DNA of 64,000 nucleotides from Octopus sinensis (GCF_006345805.1 NC_043009.1:64604001-64668000), one strand, 5' to 3'; positions 1 through 12,275 are shown, numbered from the stretch's first letter. The notes: generated from the letters alone by a model not told the origin. Program-made: numbers and translations.

Positions 1-144
1 TTGGCGTTGTTGCACATATATGTCTAGACTGATTATGAATTATTTATATACTGGCTCCAACTGAGTTAGACCATTGCATCTATCTTGTCTTTATATATAA
101 AGGATGCATATATCAATCTTTCCGATTAATACTATTATTGATAA

Positions 145-760
145 GGCGACGAGCCGGCAGAACCGTAAGCAAGCCGGAGAAATTGCTTATTGGCATTTCG
201 TCCGTCTTTATGTTCTAAGCTCAAATTCAGCCAAGGCTAACTTTGCCTTTCATTTTTTCGGGGTCAATAAAATAAGTACCAGTTGCCGGCCTTGTGCCAA
301 AATTTGAAAACAATATCATTATCGATAAGACAGCAAACTGGCAGAATCGAAAGCGCGTCGGACAAATTGCTTATCGGCATTTCGTACCTCTTTACTCTGA
401 TTTCAAATTCCGCCGAGGTCGACTTTGTCTTTCATTCTTTCGGGGTCGATAAAATAAGTACCAAGTGGACACTAGGATCGATGTAATCGATTTACCCCCC
501 TCCCCAGACTTGCAGGTGTTGTGCTAAAATTTGAAACCGATATTATTGATGTCAATATGGCAGCGAACTAGCAGAATCGTAAGCGCGTCGGACAAATTGC
601 TTAGAGGAAAATTCCGGCTTTACGTTCTGAATTCCAATTCTGTCTTAGCTTACTTTACCTTTCGTTCTTTCGGGATCGATAAACTAAGCCTCTGTTGAGC
701 ACTGTAGGTGATGTAATCGACTGACCCCTTCTCCCCGAAAACTTTAGTCCTACGCCAATA
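145..760 (+). mobile_element. Three head-to-tail copies of SINE family A (about 145-320, 329-548, 559-760)
   Basis: Each copy has a variant of GGCAGAA...TTCAAATTCCGCCGAGGTCGACTTTGCCTTTCAT..TTTCGGGGTCGATAAA.TAAGTACCA; the same body recurs more than 10 times in the window. Confidence 0.85.
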
Positions 761-1084
761 GGCATCGTTGATATTTTTTCTGCTATAGAAATTAGACAAC
801 ATTTTAGAACGAATCTGGTGGCCTGACACGTTCAAGCGCTTGCATAAATCCGTATAAGGTAGCTGTCAACTCGTAGACAAGTATGGTCGTTGATGGCAAA
901 TTGTCTTATCCTAGATATTAAAGATAATGGCTGTCAGCAATGCCTTGTACATAGGTAGATAGACAAATAAATAGATACTTATGTATACACGTGCATACGT
1001 AATTATGCGCATGCGCATGCGCACATATGCAAATAGTTCTGTATACACAAAAATGGTTTGTGCAAACATACGTATGTACATATA

Positions 1085-1548
1085 TGCGTTCATATAATAC
1101 ATACATACATGCATACATACATACATGCATGCATACATACATACATACATGCATACATACATACATGTATACATACATACATACATACATGTCAGCATGC
1201 ATGCGTACATACATGCATACGTACATACATACATATGCTTATATATATATATACATGTATACATACATACATACATGAATACATACATGCATACATACAT
1301 ACATGCATACATACATACATGAATACATACATACATGAATACATACATACATGCATACATACATGCATACATATTTGCATACATACATACATAATACATG
1401 CATACATGCATACATGCATGAATACATATGTACATACATACATACATACATACATGCATACATACATACATGCATACATACATGCATACATACATACATA
1501 CATACATGCATACATACATGCATACATACATACATACATACATACATT
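1085..1548. repeat. (TACA)n/(TGCA) compound microsatellite
   Basis: Direct reading; source of the YIHT/MYVC pseudo-ORFs. Confidence 0.97.
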
Positions 1549-1681
1549 TATGCATAATATGCGGACACAATCGAAAAAGACATCAGCAAAAAATATCGAA
1601 AACGAAACCCTGTCTGTATTTTATACAAATCTTATCGACGATAACCTAACTTATTGATTTCTAATGTAGATAAAAAGCAAA

Positions 1682-1870
1682 GCGGTTCGCTGGCAGAATC
1701 GGTAGCATGCTGGATGAAATGCTTAGCAGCCTTCTGTCTGTGTCTATGTTCTGAGTTCGAATTCCGCCAAGGTCGACTTTCCCTTTCATTCCTTTCGGGG
1801 TTCATAAAATAATTACCAGTTGAGAACTGGGTTGAATGCAATCGACTTATCTCCCTTGCTGCATAAATGC
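1682..1870 (+). mobile_element. SINE family A copy
   Basis: GCTGGCAGAATC...GTTCGAATTCCGCCAAGGTCGACTTTCCCTTTCATTCCTTTCGGGG matches the family body. Confidence 0.8.
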
Positions 1871-1930
1871 TTGTAACTTACTAACTTCCTACACTCGGAT
1901 CTCTGGAAAGTACTTGCCTATTGCTATCTG

Positions 1931-1983
<53 letters not shown>

Positions 1984-2039
1984 ATATATATATATCTACC
2001 CGTCTATCTGTCTGTCTGTCTGTCTAGATTGATATGTGT

Positions 2040-2230
2040 GTGTGTGTGGGGGTTGTGTTTGTCTTCCACAACCGTTTGACAACCGGCGTCGGTTTGTTTA
2101 CTATCTGTAACTTAACAGTTCAAGAGAAAAAGAGCCGATAGAATAAGTACCACGCGTAAAAAACTAGAGCTGGGGGTTGCTCCAGCGTGGCCGCAGCCCA
2201 GTGACTGAAACAAGTAAAAGATAGAAAGAT
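2040..2230 (+). mobile_element. SINE family B, 3' half
   Basis: TTGACAACCGG...GATAGAATAAGTAC...CTCCAGCGTGGCCGCAG...GACTGAAACAAGTAAAAG matches full copies at 22537 and 41324. Confidence 0.8.
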
Positions 2231-2624
2231 AAGCGACAACATATTTAGTTACACTTGACAGTTGAAATATTTAAAAGGAGATTATTTTTCGGTGAGTTTC
2301 GGATTATTTTCAGAAGATTATACGAACCTAAGATATTCAGTTTTTTTTTTTGCCTTTAATCAGAAATACCGCATTTATGAATAAATAGCAACGTCTACTA
2401 AGACACATGGCTCGTGAGATAGGGAGACAGAGTGAAAGAGAAAGAGAGAGAGAGAGCGAGAGAGAGAGAGAGAGAGAGAGAAATGAGGGAGAAAGAAGGA
2501 GAGAGAGGACAATGTATTTGTCTGACATCTCTGCTAGACTTTTTCACGCTGTTTTATATTTTTATTGGTTATTTATTTGTTTTGTTTGGTTGCTGTTGCA
2601 ATTCCCCCCCCCCCGGCAAACCAA

Positions 2625-2669
2625 TTATTGTTGTTATTATCATTATCATTCTCTTCTTCTTCTTCTTCT

Positions 2670-2752
<83 letters not shown>

Positions 2753-2859
2753 CATCATCATTCTTCTTCTTCTTCTTCTTCTTATTATTATTATTATCAT
2801 CATTATTATCATTATTATTATTATCATTATCATTATTCTTCTTCTTCTTCTTCTTCTTC

Positions 2860-2890
<31 letters not shown>

Positions 2891-2924
2891 CATTATCATT
2901 CTTCTTCTTCTTCTTCTTCTTCTT

Positions 2925-2955
<31 letters not shown>

Positions 2956-3070
2956 TTATTATTATTATTATATCATCATCATCTTCTTCTTCTTCTTCTT
3001 CTTATTATTATTATTATTATCATCATCATCATCATCATCATTATTATTGTTGTTGTTGTTGTTGTTGTTA
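2625..3070. repeat. Compound trinucleotide microsatellite (TTC/TTA/TCA/TTG)n
   Basis: Direct reading. Confidence 0.97.
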
Positions 3071-3929
3071 TGTGCACCAGTTCTACAGCTGCTTGTGCAT
3101 TGCACTACTCACCAGTTCCACCCTCGCTGCTGTTATACCCAATTGTATTTCTTGCAAAACATTCATATTTAAAGTAAATACGCATACACACACACGCACA
3201 CACACATGCACGCACGCACGCGCGCGTCCGCATAAACTCAAGCATGCGAACGCACGCACACGCATACACACACGCACATACTCGCACGTACACAAAATTG
3301 TATACTAATTAATAATATATAGTGAAAAAAGGAAAAAAGCTCGCGCACTTAATCAGCGTAAGCAAGTTAATGTGTGTGTGTGTGTGTGTGTGTTTACACG
3401 TCTATGTGTATGTATACGCGTGCGAGTATATTTACGTATATATATATATATATATTTACGTATATATATATATATATATATATATAGGTGCATGCGTGTA
3501 TGCATACATATGTCTTTGCTCGTGTGCACGACTGAAGTTGCATGTATGTCTTCGCCGCGTTTCCATTTTAGGACATGCAAATCCCTAATCGCGTGGTAAG
3601 TCGTATCCTTTCACATTATGAAGCTGACGCAATGATGCAAAGATGTTAAATATGTCATCTTCTTGACGAATACACGATCTTCTAGCAATTTTTCTTTCTA
3701 GCATTTCAAAATATTTATAAATATACGTTTTCTTAAGTAGGCGCGAGGACCCGCATTTAGTAGGAGAGGGAAGTGTTTATTTTTTGAAAACTCTGTTTAA
3801 TCACTTCACCACTGCAGCTTGCCTGAAACATACATACAAACAAGCATACATACATATAAACAAAAATACATACATACATGCATACACACAAACACACGCA
3901 TGCATATAAATGTATGTCTATTCATATGC

Positions 3930-4015
<86 letters not shown>

Positions 4016-4028
4016 ATATATAATATAT

Positions 4029-4074
<46 letters not shown>

Positions 4075-4282
4075 TATATATACATATATATATGTATATG
4101 TGTATATATATATATGCTTACTCACGCACACACACACACATATATTGGAAAGTCCTTGTAAAAAATTGCATAATACAGTTTTTAAGTATAAAGGGGAGTT
4201 TTAAAAACAATTAATTAAAAAAAATTATAAAATCTTTTATCAGGATGTACTAACGTTTTCTGGAAGACGTTTTTCCACTAGT

Positions 4283-4315
4283 GTGTAAGCGCTTTCGATT
4301 AACCTTTTCAAACAC
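4283..4315 (-). ncRNA. Minimal type I hammerhead-like motif with U3/A8 core variant
   Basis: Minus strand GTGT-TTGAAAA-GGTTAATC-GAAAGCGCTT-ACAC: 4-bp stem I, weak stem II, palindromic stem III. Confidence 0.45.
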
Positions 4316-4341
4316 CCGTGCTCTTAGTTAATATATATGTG

Positions 4342-4379
<38 letters not shown>

Positions 4380-4448
4380 TATATATATAATATATATATA
4401 TATATATTATATATATATATATAGTATATATATATATTATATATATAT

Positions 4449-4480
<32 letters not shown>

Positions 4481-4530
4481 ATATATATATACGCTGAGAG
4501 GGGAGGTAACCTCCCTCTGACTGTCTCTAG

Positions 4531-4584
4531 AATCACTAGACTACACTAGTTTTACTTATTTTGTAGGCATCATCAGTAGTGACT
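4531..4584 (-). ncRNA. Degenerate type I hammerhead motif
   Basis: Minus strand TCACTA-CTGATGA-TGCCT..AAGT-AAAAC-TA-GTG-TA-GTC-TAGTGA; stems I and III pair but G12 of GAAA is lost. Confidence 0.55.
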
Positions 4585-4785
4585 ATTCAGACGGCTAATT
4601 CCGTCTGCCGGTATATATATATTTTTACCATAAAAGTTTATGACTGATTTAGCGAAATGCTAATGCGTACAATTAAAAATTAATATAAACAGCTAGGTGC
4701 AATATAATGCTATAAAGGAAAAATTTAACCGTCACTAAATGTGAGTGAGGGTGCCGAAACATTTCGCTAAATCAGCCATAAATGT

Positions 4786-4900
4786 CTTGAGTAAAACACT
4801 TCATTTTACGTTGCTCCAGTACACTCTGGCGGCACAATACATACGCCACAGAATCCTGGAAGCTGGGCTTATGAGCTTATGACTCGAGAAAGACCTTTGA
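4786..4900 (+). mobile_element. Fragment of SINE family F
   Basis: TCTTGAGTAAAACACTTCATTT...CTTATGAGCTTATGACTCGAGAAAGACCTT resembles 61268-61545. Confidence 0.55.
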
Positions 4901-4956
4901 AAAAATACCTTTGTTTTTTTTATTTGCTATAATAAATAAAGGCATACATGTGTGTG

Positions 4957-5013
<57 letters not shown>

Positions 5014-5060
5014 GTGTGTGTGTGTGTATATATATATGCGTTATATATACTATATATATA

Positions 5061-5100
<40 letters not shown>

Positions 5101-5130
5101 ATATATATGATATCTCTTTTGCTTTCTCCC

Positions 5131-5213
<83 letters not shown>

Positions 5214-5899
5214 TAATCTGTATCTTTATGAATCAGCACTGCATGCTGGAAGATCTAAGATAAGTTTAAAGTAGTTAGATTACATTTTTTTAACGCATAC
5301 GCCCCGAAAGTAAACAGATATAAATATATTTTGTTATTGTCTTTGCATCGAAAATAATACAGAAGATTATCTTGACACGTTACATGATTCTCTAGTCTTC
5401 TCACTTTGCAATCTCCTGCAGGGAGAACCTAAAACAATCATTATGTAAATCGAGCTAACTAAAAAGACTCCCGTAATTTGCATACCGTGCATTAGTCGAC
5501 AATGTAGTGAGTTTATTAAATATTTGGAGTATAAACAGTGTGCATTACAGAATCTATGATAAATTTCAAAGCGATCGCTGTAACTTATTTACGTGGGCAG
5601 AAGAACGAGGGATACGTATCCTCTGAGGAGTAGTCAACCAGCCGTGAAACAGGTGAGAATAACCTCCTTTATTTATTTTATTTTTGCGTTCAAAGAGAAT
5701 ACAGTGATACGTTCACACCTGTTTATTTCTACAGCAGGTGCGCAAACAGTATAGTCAACATCTTTTACATGGTATTCGAGCTGCATTTCAAGATTTTTAT
5801 ATATTTTTTCTTTTTTTCAAGAACAACTTGGTGCATCGGTGAACAGTCAACGGTGTTGGAGAGTATATAGATTAAAGCTTTAGTTGAGAAAAAGTTAGT

Positions 5900-6960
5900 T
5901 GACATGGAAGAGTGGAAGCTATCTGAATATCGGAAAAGAGTTGCCTATATCACGATGATTCGCGCTGGGTGTCAAAATGCCGACATCATGACCTATTTCT
6001 TTATTACCCACAAGGGGCTAAACACAGAGGGGACAAACAAGGACAGACATAGGTATTAAGTCGATTACATCGACCCCAATGCGTAACTGGTACTTATTTA
6101 TCGACCCCGAAAGGATGAAAGGCAAAGTCGACCTCGGCGGAATTTGAACTCACAACGTAACGCAGACGAAATACCTATTTCTTTATTACCCACAAGGGGC
6201 TGAACACAGAGGGGACAAACATGGACAGACATAGGTATTAAGTCGATTATATCGACCCCAGTGCTTAACTGGTACTTAATTTATCGACCCCGAAAGGATG
6301 AAAGGCAAAGTCAACCTCGGCGGAATTTGAACGCAGACGAAATACCGCTAAGCATTTCGCCCGGCGTGCTAACGTTTCTGCCAGCTCACCGCCTGACCGT
6401 TGCTCAAAGCTTGTGAACGCCGTAAAGGCTGTAAGACGTAACACGGACATCATGAAAATCAAGTGACCCCAAACTGGGATGAGCTTTGGGTACGATTCCA
6501 GTGGGAGTGACGTCATGCCGCTCCACGTCTTTGAACAGAGTCTTAGGCTCAATTCAGACGGCTATCTAGAACTGCATGAGACTGGTCAAAACCTGGTTGG
6601 AGAGGGTTGCTACTGGGAGGCCATATATGGGAGAGCAAAATTCGACTCCTTGCCATACTTTCAGAAAGTATCAGAAGTGGTTGTTGGAGAATTTCTACAA
6701 CTTCACCATCCCTAATGTCTGGCTTCCTAATTCTCCGTTTTTCAATTCCATGGATTACCATGCGTGGGGCACAGCTGAGAAAGACACCAACCGCTCTGCA
6801 TGCAACATCAAGGCCGAGCTGGTGGCGAAGATCAAGGAGATGTTCGAAGATCTTCCCAGGAACACTGTCAGGAACTCATGGCTTAGGTTTCGGAGCCGTG
6901 TTGCGGCCGAGGTGGCATATTTTGAGTTCTATTTTTCCTATTTGCATCAAAATACCTTCA
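5900..6960 (+). pseudogene. Decayed, internally deleted Tc1/mariner-superfamily transposase (maT-like D37D), interrupted by a SINE
   Basis: ORF 6576-6989 has EQ(N)STPCH...WLPNSPFFNSMDY with 37 residues between the second (D>N) and third catalytic positions; frameshifted; a probable N-terminal piece lies at about 5904-5990. Confidence 0.8.
5991..6393 (-). mobile_element. SINE family A with tandemly duplicated body and tail
   Basis: Two near-identical units (5991-6172, 6173-about 6345) and one head ending at 6393; candidate TSD TGACC at 5989-5993 and 6394-6398. Confidence 0.9.
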
Positions 6961-9900
6961 CATTTACAAACATGTATATGCATATATAATGATAAAAAAC
7001 AACTAAATTACAAACACAAATAAAACAGTTTTATACTTTTATCACTAAACTCTACTCCTTAGTGACCCCAATCTCGCTAGATCAGTCACAAATTATGCAT
7101 ACCTCTGCATTTAAAATCATTCCGTATATATATATAAAACTAAAGTGAATTATAATAAAATTTTATTTGGTCAAAAGCGATCTCGCATTCCCTTCAATGT
7201 GAGCGTAAGTGCAAACGATTCTGCGGAAATAAGCGATCTCATCGTTCATATTTATAAAAGAAAAAGGAAAAGCTCACTCATCACTTGAAAGTGAGTATGA
7301 TCTGGTAGCATTTGCCACGTTTTCGTTGTCTTTTTTTGGTATCTATTTAGTCAGGAGAAAACATAGATACTCTTTCGGCCTCCAATCTTTGACCCAACAA
7401 AGCACTGAATGTTGTATTAATTTTCAGTTGAGTAAACTGGAATAGCATGAAATTATGTGCTTTGAGTAGACTGGAAAACTAAAAGAAAACCGATTGCCAG
7501 ACAACGGCTCTTTGTTCCGCCCCTCTTTAGTTATAACTCAGTAAGCAAAAGGGTTAAGAAAAATCTTGTATATCTTCATAAATTTTGATCTACTGATGGA
7601 GTCTTATCGTTCCACTGTTACTGTTGATGTCGCTATTTTAAATGTAATCTACTCTTTGCGCTATTTTCATCGCAAGTCCAACGAAAAATTTAAACTACAT
7701 CAGCAAAAAAATTTAACTACGACAAGAACATTATTAATAGCCTTATTAAAAATATTACTCTTAGACTATGAAAATTTTCTGACAACATATAAATTTCAGT
7801 GACTCATCTCAGTATTTTAACGACGTTTTTTTTTTCAGAAACAGCTTCAGATATAACATATTAAGTACAAAGAGATTTCATGACAATTGCAACCGATAAG
7901 AATATATACAGAAAACTTGTTGGTAAAATTTTTCTTTTAATTTAGCAGTAGCCAACCTAACTGCAAAAAGTTTCCTTAAATTACTTAAGCAGTTCTCTCC
8001 GCAGCATGTATGTTATTTTTAACGAAAAATCTATTAAAATTTTTATACTGCTACACTTTTCGCTTAAATCTTAGTATCATCCAAACAAGTCATCCAAAAC
8101 CAAAGATATAGTTTAGCATTTACCGAGCTTAAAGATAAAGTTTACCAGTGAACTGTAGAAATCAATAACTCATTTTAAAGCGTACATTGTCATCTTCATC
8201 TCAAAAGCTAGAAAGCAACCAGCATCTATATACGTTTCAAAACCCGTGCTGAAGCAATGCCATCGTTCTCAAATTACGTCTGGGATTTGTAGATTAAAAA
8301 TAAACAATGCAACCCAAAATGAAACATTCTATTAAAGGCGAAAATGCTCCACAAAATAAAGACCTAGTAATCTTTGTACAACAGAGAACTTTGAAATTCT
8401 TTTCGACGAAGATCATACTTTTAACAGACAGCCAGATAGAATTTCATGCCAACATAAAATATTAAAAACTTTTATTTAGTTACATCTCTTCCAAAAGCAT
8501 TGACGGTCGATATATTTTATGGAGATATATGTTCCGGTCTTGCGATTACACGACCGTTCTTAATAGAGAGAGAAATTACATAGATAACAAAACACATTTC
8601 ACTCGATCATAATGCCATTTCTGACGATATCAATTCAAATAGACTCAAAGAGGCAACCGTAACCCTGATACAGATGTTTTACTTTATATTCTAACGTTAA
8701 GCCATGTTTTTTTCTCTGTCTACTATGCACAACTACAACCACTTCTACTCTCAACTCACAAAACTCCATTCATCTCAATTCTCCCCTTATTACCGTTATC
8801 ACTATCATGTTCCAAATTTTCTTTGCTGTCTGTTTGCTTAGAATTGAAGTTCTGTCTCCCTGTGGCATTTAATTGGAAACAACGGAAATTGAACACTGTT
8901 CATGAACCTCCAAGGTGTGTATCCATCTGCAAATGAGGTCAGTTTTATTTACCTTTGTCCAAGGTCCCCACAAATTTAGGCAACTCATATTAACTGAGAC
9001 CGATTCAAGTAACAAAATATTTTTATTCCGAAATTACCCTTCACCCGTTAATCAAAGAACATTCCTATATTACTGCGTCGGTAATTGTTTGATAAACTAT
9101 ACATCAGGATAATCAATTAATTCTTAAGAGAGATACTTGAGAGATGATCTTCTCTGCTTCAATGGAACCAATGTTATGTTGTGTATTCAATGCGGCCAAC
9201 GTCACACTCTGACTGTCTATATCTGACCCAAATGTTGTACCTGTTTTATGTTTAACCTGGCCAGATCCGGCCTCTCACACTTACTCTATAATGCCATTCT
9301 GAAAATAAACAACCACATCATAGAAATCTCGAAACTACGCGGTAATGCATGATTAATTCAAAATACTTGGTAAATAAATAGGCATTGCTTTTAATAGGGC
9401 AATATGAGTGCTGAAGTGTTGAATAATCTGTAGGCACTCGGCATATTTTATCTTTTCTGTCATAAAGAGTAAATTACTTCTACAAAGCGATGGTCTGCTA
9501 TAACTACACAGCAAAGACGTTAATTCCGTTTATTAAAATGTAAAAAAAAAAAAAAATTAATAATAAAAAAGCACGTCCTGCTTTTTAATTTTCACACCTG
9601 TAATGCTCTATATGGGTGGGCAGAAGAATTTTCCATAGAAGGTGTTAAAAGAGTTAAAACATATGTAGAAATGTGGAAACATGTAGACGATTCTTTGATA
9701 AGGTTTAAACGATTCCATAAGTCATACTACATACTTTGGACATTATTGCTCATACCTGAAGAGAAAAAAACAAACCCAAAAACGATTATAAAAAATAGAA
9801 TGCTAATTTCTTCCACACTTATATTACCCCGTCCCTCTCCGTTCATATACATACATATACATAAGTTATACACATATAGTTACACACACACACACACACG

Positions 9901-10115
9901 CACATGTATGCATTTATACAGCTATCTATATATGTGTCCATTACTCTTTCTCTTTCTCTCTTTCTCTCTGTCTATCTATTTATCTATCTTTCCATCCACC
10001 TGCTTATTTAACTATCTATCCCATTACCTACCTACTTTTACTTTACCGTTTACACACAACAACTCACGCACGCACACACAAACACTCACTCATACTCACG
10101 CACAAATGTATGCAC

Positions 10116-10153
<38 letters not shown>

Positions 10154-10509
10154 TCTCTCTCTCCCTCTTTCCATTTCTCTGATTCAATTTCTTACCGACA
10201 ACAGCCGAGGCAGTGATAGTTCTCACTGCACCGCACCGCATCACACTCTGCCCTTCTACAACATGGACCATGTGTGGAACAAAAGATAACATCAATGTAA
10301 TTGATGTTATCGCAGCTGTAACTATCGCTAAAGAATTCGACTGAGTTTGTGTTTAATACCGCCGGAGAGGGCGCTACTGTCGCTAACACAGCCGAGCCTA
10401 CATTACACAGAGCTACGTCATTACTTCAGTTGCTGACACCGTTGGTGTTGTTGTTTTATTCCCCAGATGATCCCTAATCGTGCAGACTTATAATCAATGG
10501 TATTCCAGC

Positions 10510-10893
10510 CGCAATGGCCCAGTGGTTAGGGCAGCGGACTCGCGGTCGTAGGATCGCGGTTTCCATTCCCAGACCGGGCGTTGTGAGTGTTTATTGAGCG
10601 AAAACACCTAAAAGTTCCACGAGGCTCCGGCAGGGGATGGTGGTGATCCCTGCTGTACTCTTTCACCACAACTTTCTCTCACTCTTACTTCCTGTTTCTG
10701 TTGTACCTATATTTCAAAGGGCCGGCCTTGTCACTCTCTGTGTCACGCTGAATATCCCCGAGAACTACGTTAAGGGTACACGTGTCTGTGGAGTGCTCAG
10801 CCACTTACACGTTAATTTCACGAGCAGGCTGTTCCGTTGATTCGGATCAACCGGAACCCTCCTTGTCGTAACTGACGGAGTGCTTCCATTCCA
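10510..10893 (+). mobile_element. tRNA-derived SINE family C, tail type 1
   Basis: A-box-like TGGCCCAGTGG; B-box-like GTTTCCATTCC; (TTCCA)2 tail; 11-bp TSD GGTATTCCAGC at 10499-10509 and 10894-10904. Confidence 0.9.
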
Positions 10894-11297
10894 GGTATTC
10901 CAGCAATGAATATTCTCTCATTTCTGACTGTTTATTTCCGATTTCTTAATCTAATTTTCTTATTTATTTTTATTTTTAAGTCGGTGAAGTGTGATTTGAT
11001 GGAGAGAGACGGCTTCCGTTTCTAGCAGAACGTCCTACCACGTAGGGTACGTAATGTTGTTAGCGATGTTCTTGTTATTGTTAGTGATGTTACTGATGGT
11101 ACTGTGATAATCTCTATTGATACATTCATTGTTCTCCCTTTATCCGTCACATGTCTTGACGTCATCAACGGAATAAAAGCTCACGAAAAGGTTCTTTCAG
11201 TTGGAATGTAACCTGAAATGTATGGAGAAACCTAGCTCACCTCCTAACCACCATCACCACCGCAAACAACAGCACAAACACCAGCACCTCGACGATG

Positions 11298-11381
<84 letters not shown>

Positions 11382-11384
11382 CAT

Positions 11385-11735
11385 TATTGTTGTTGTTGTT
11401 ATTGTTCAGGTCACTGCTTAACCACTACGCCATATGTCCGAGAGCATATGGCGTAGTGGTTAAGAGAGAGGGCTACTAACCCTAAGATTCCGAATTCGAT
11501 TCCAAGCAGTGATCTGAACAACAACAACAACAACAACAATAATTATAATAATAACATCGAAAAATACCTTAGGAATGAGAACCCAGGTTCGAAATTTTCC
11601 CCCAAACACCTGAAGAAGCCTGGAGGGTATATCAGCCGAAATGTTGTGTTAACAACAAACAAGATGACAAATATCCGTCAAATGTAATTAACGTAAATAA
11701 TGTACATAATTCCTCATCGCTTAAATATAGAACTG
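11385..11735 (+). mobile_element. Element D: tRNA-like head, inverted head duplicate and downstream hammerhead motif
   Basis: A box TGGCGTAGTGG 11449-11459; B-box-like AATTCGATTCC at about 11493-11503; perfect 20-bp inverted repeat 11417-11436/11445-11464; hammerhead-like 11605-11650. Confidence 0.75.
11605..11650 (+). ncRNA. Minimal type I hammerhead motif, slightly degenerate
   Basis: AACAC-CTGAAGA-A-GCCTG-loop-CAGCC-GAAAT-GTT-GTGTT; 5-bp stem I, stem II with one mismatch, loopless stem III. Confidence 0.6.
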
Positions 11736-11997
11736 TATTATGTGAGATCTTATTAGATAGTAGAGTTTTATTAGTGCAAAATATGTAAATTGATTCTTTT
11801 GTGCATAATCTGCACATTGTTGTATGCGTGTTATATGGCGGAGTTTTAGTGATAATTGACAAATTATGTCTATATTCTTTGTTTCGCATTTTAAATTTAT
11901 TAATATAAATGGCTAGTGCCGTTGAATTTTTAGTGTCCTGATTTATAAACGGATCTGTATGATCTCTACATTTAGTTTTGAAATATATTGTGCTCCC

Positions 11998-12037
<40 letters not shown>

Positions 12038-12181
12038 GTTCATTGAGGGTCAAAACCTCACAATAGCACAGTATTAAGATCAAGGCCAGTGTGGTTTAGA
12101 TACGTCAGTCAGCTATGTTGTCACTTGATCCACCTTATCAATTTCTATAGAAAAGAAAATTCAAAATAAAACAATAAAAAA

Positions 12182-12275
12182 TGTGGAGGCACATGACCTA
12201 GTGGTTAGAGTAGTGGACTCGCGGTCGAGGGATCGCGGGTTTGAATCTCAGACCGGGCGATGTGTGTGTTCATAA
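12182..12275 (+). mobile_element. SINE family C-related head, 3'-truncated
   Basis: AGTGGTTAGAGTAGTGGACTCGCGGTCGAGGGATCGCGGGTTTGAATCTCAGACCGGGCG matches heads at 10510 and 29617. Confidence 0.8.

Noticed and set aside
911-1657. Long ORFs rich in YVCM/YIHT (also at 28256-29154 and 53171-54234)
   Set aside because: Translations of (TACA)n microsatellites, open in several frames on both strands
2407-3308. Three overlapping ORFs of about 250 aa with homopolymeric runs
   Set aside because: Trinucleotide repeat artefacts
10510-10580. Functional tRNA genes at SINE heads (also 11445, 22537, 29617, 61268)
   Set aside because: No complete cloverleaf could be built; the heads run into repeat bodies, some with TSDs
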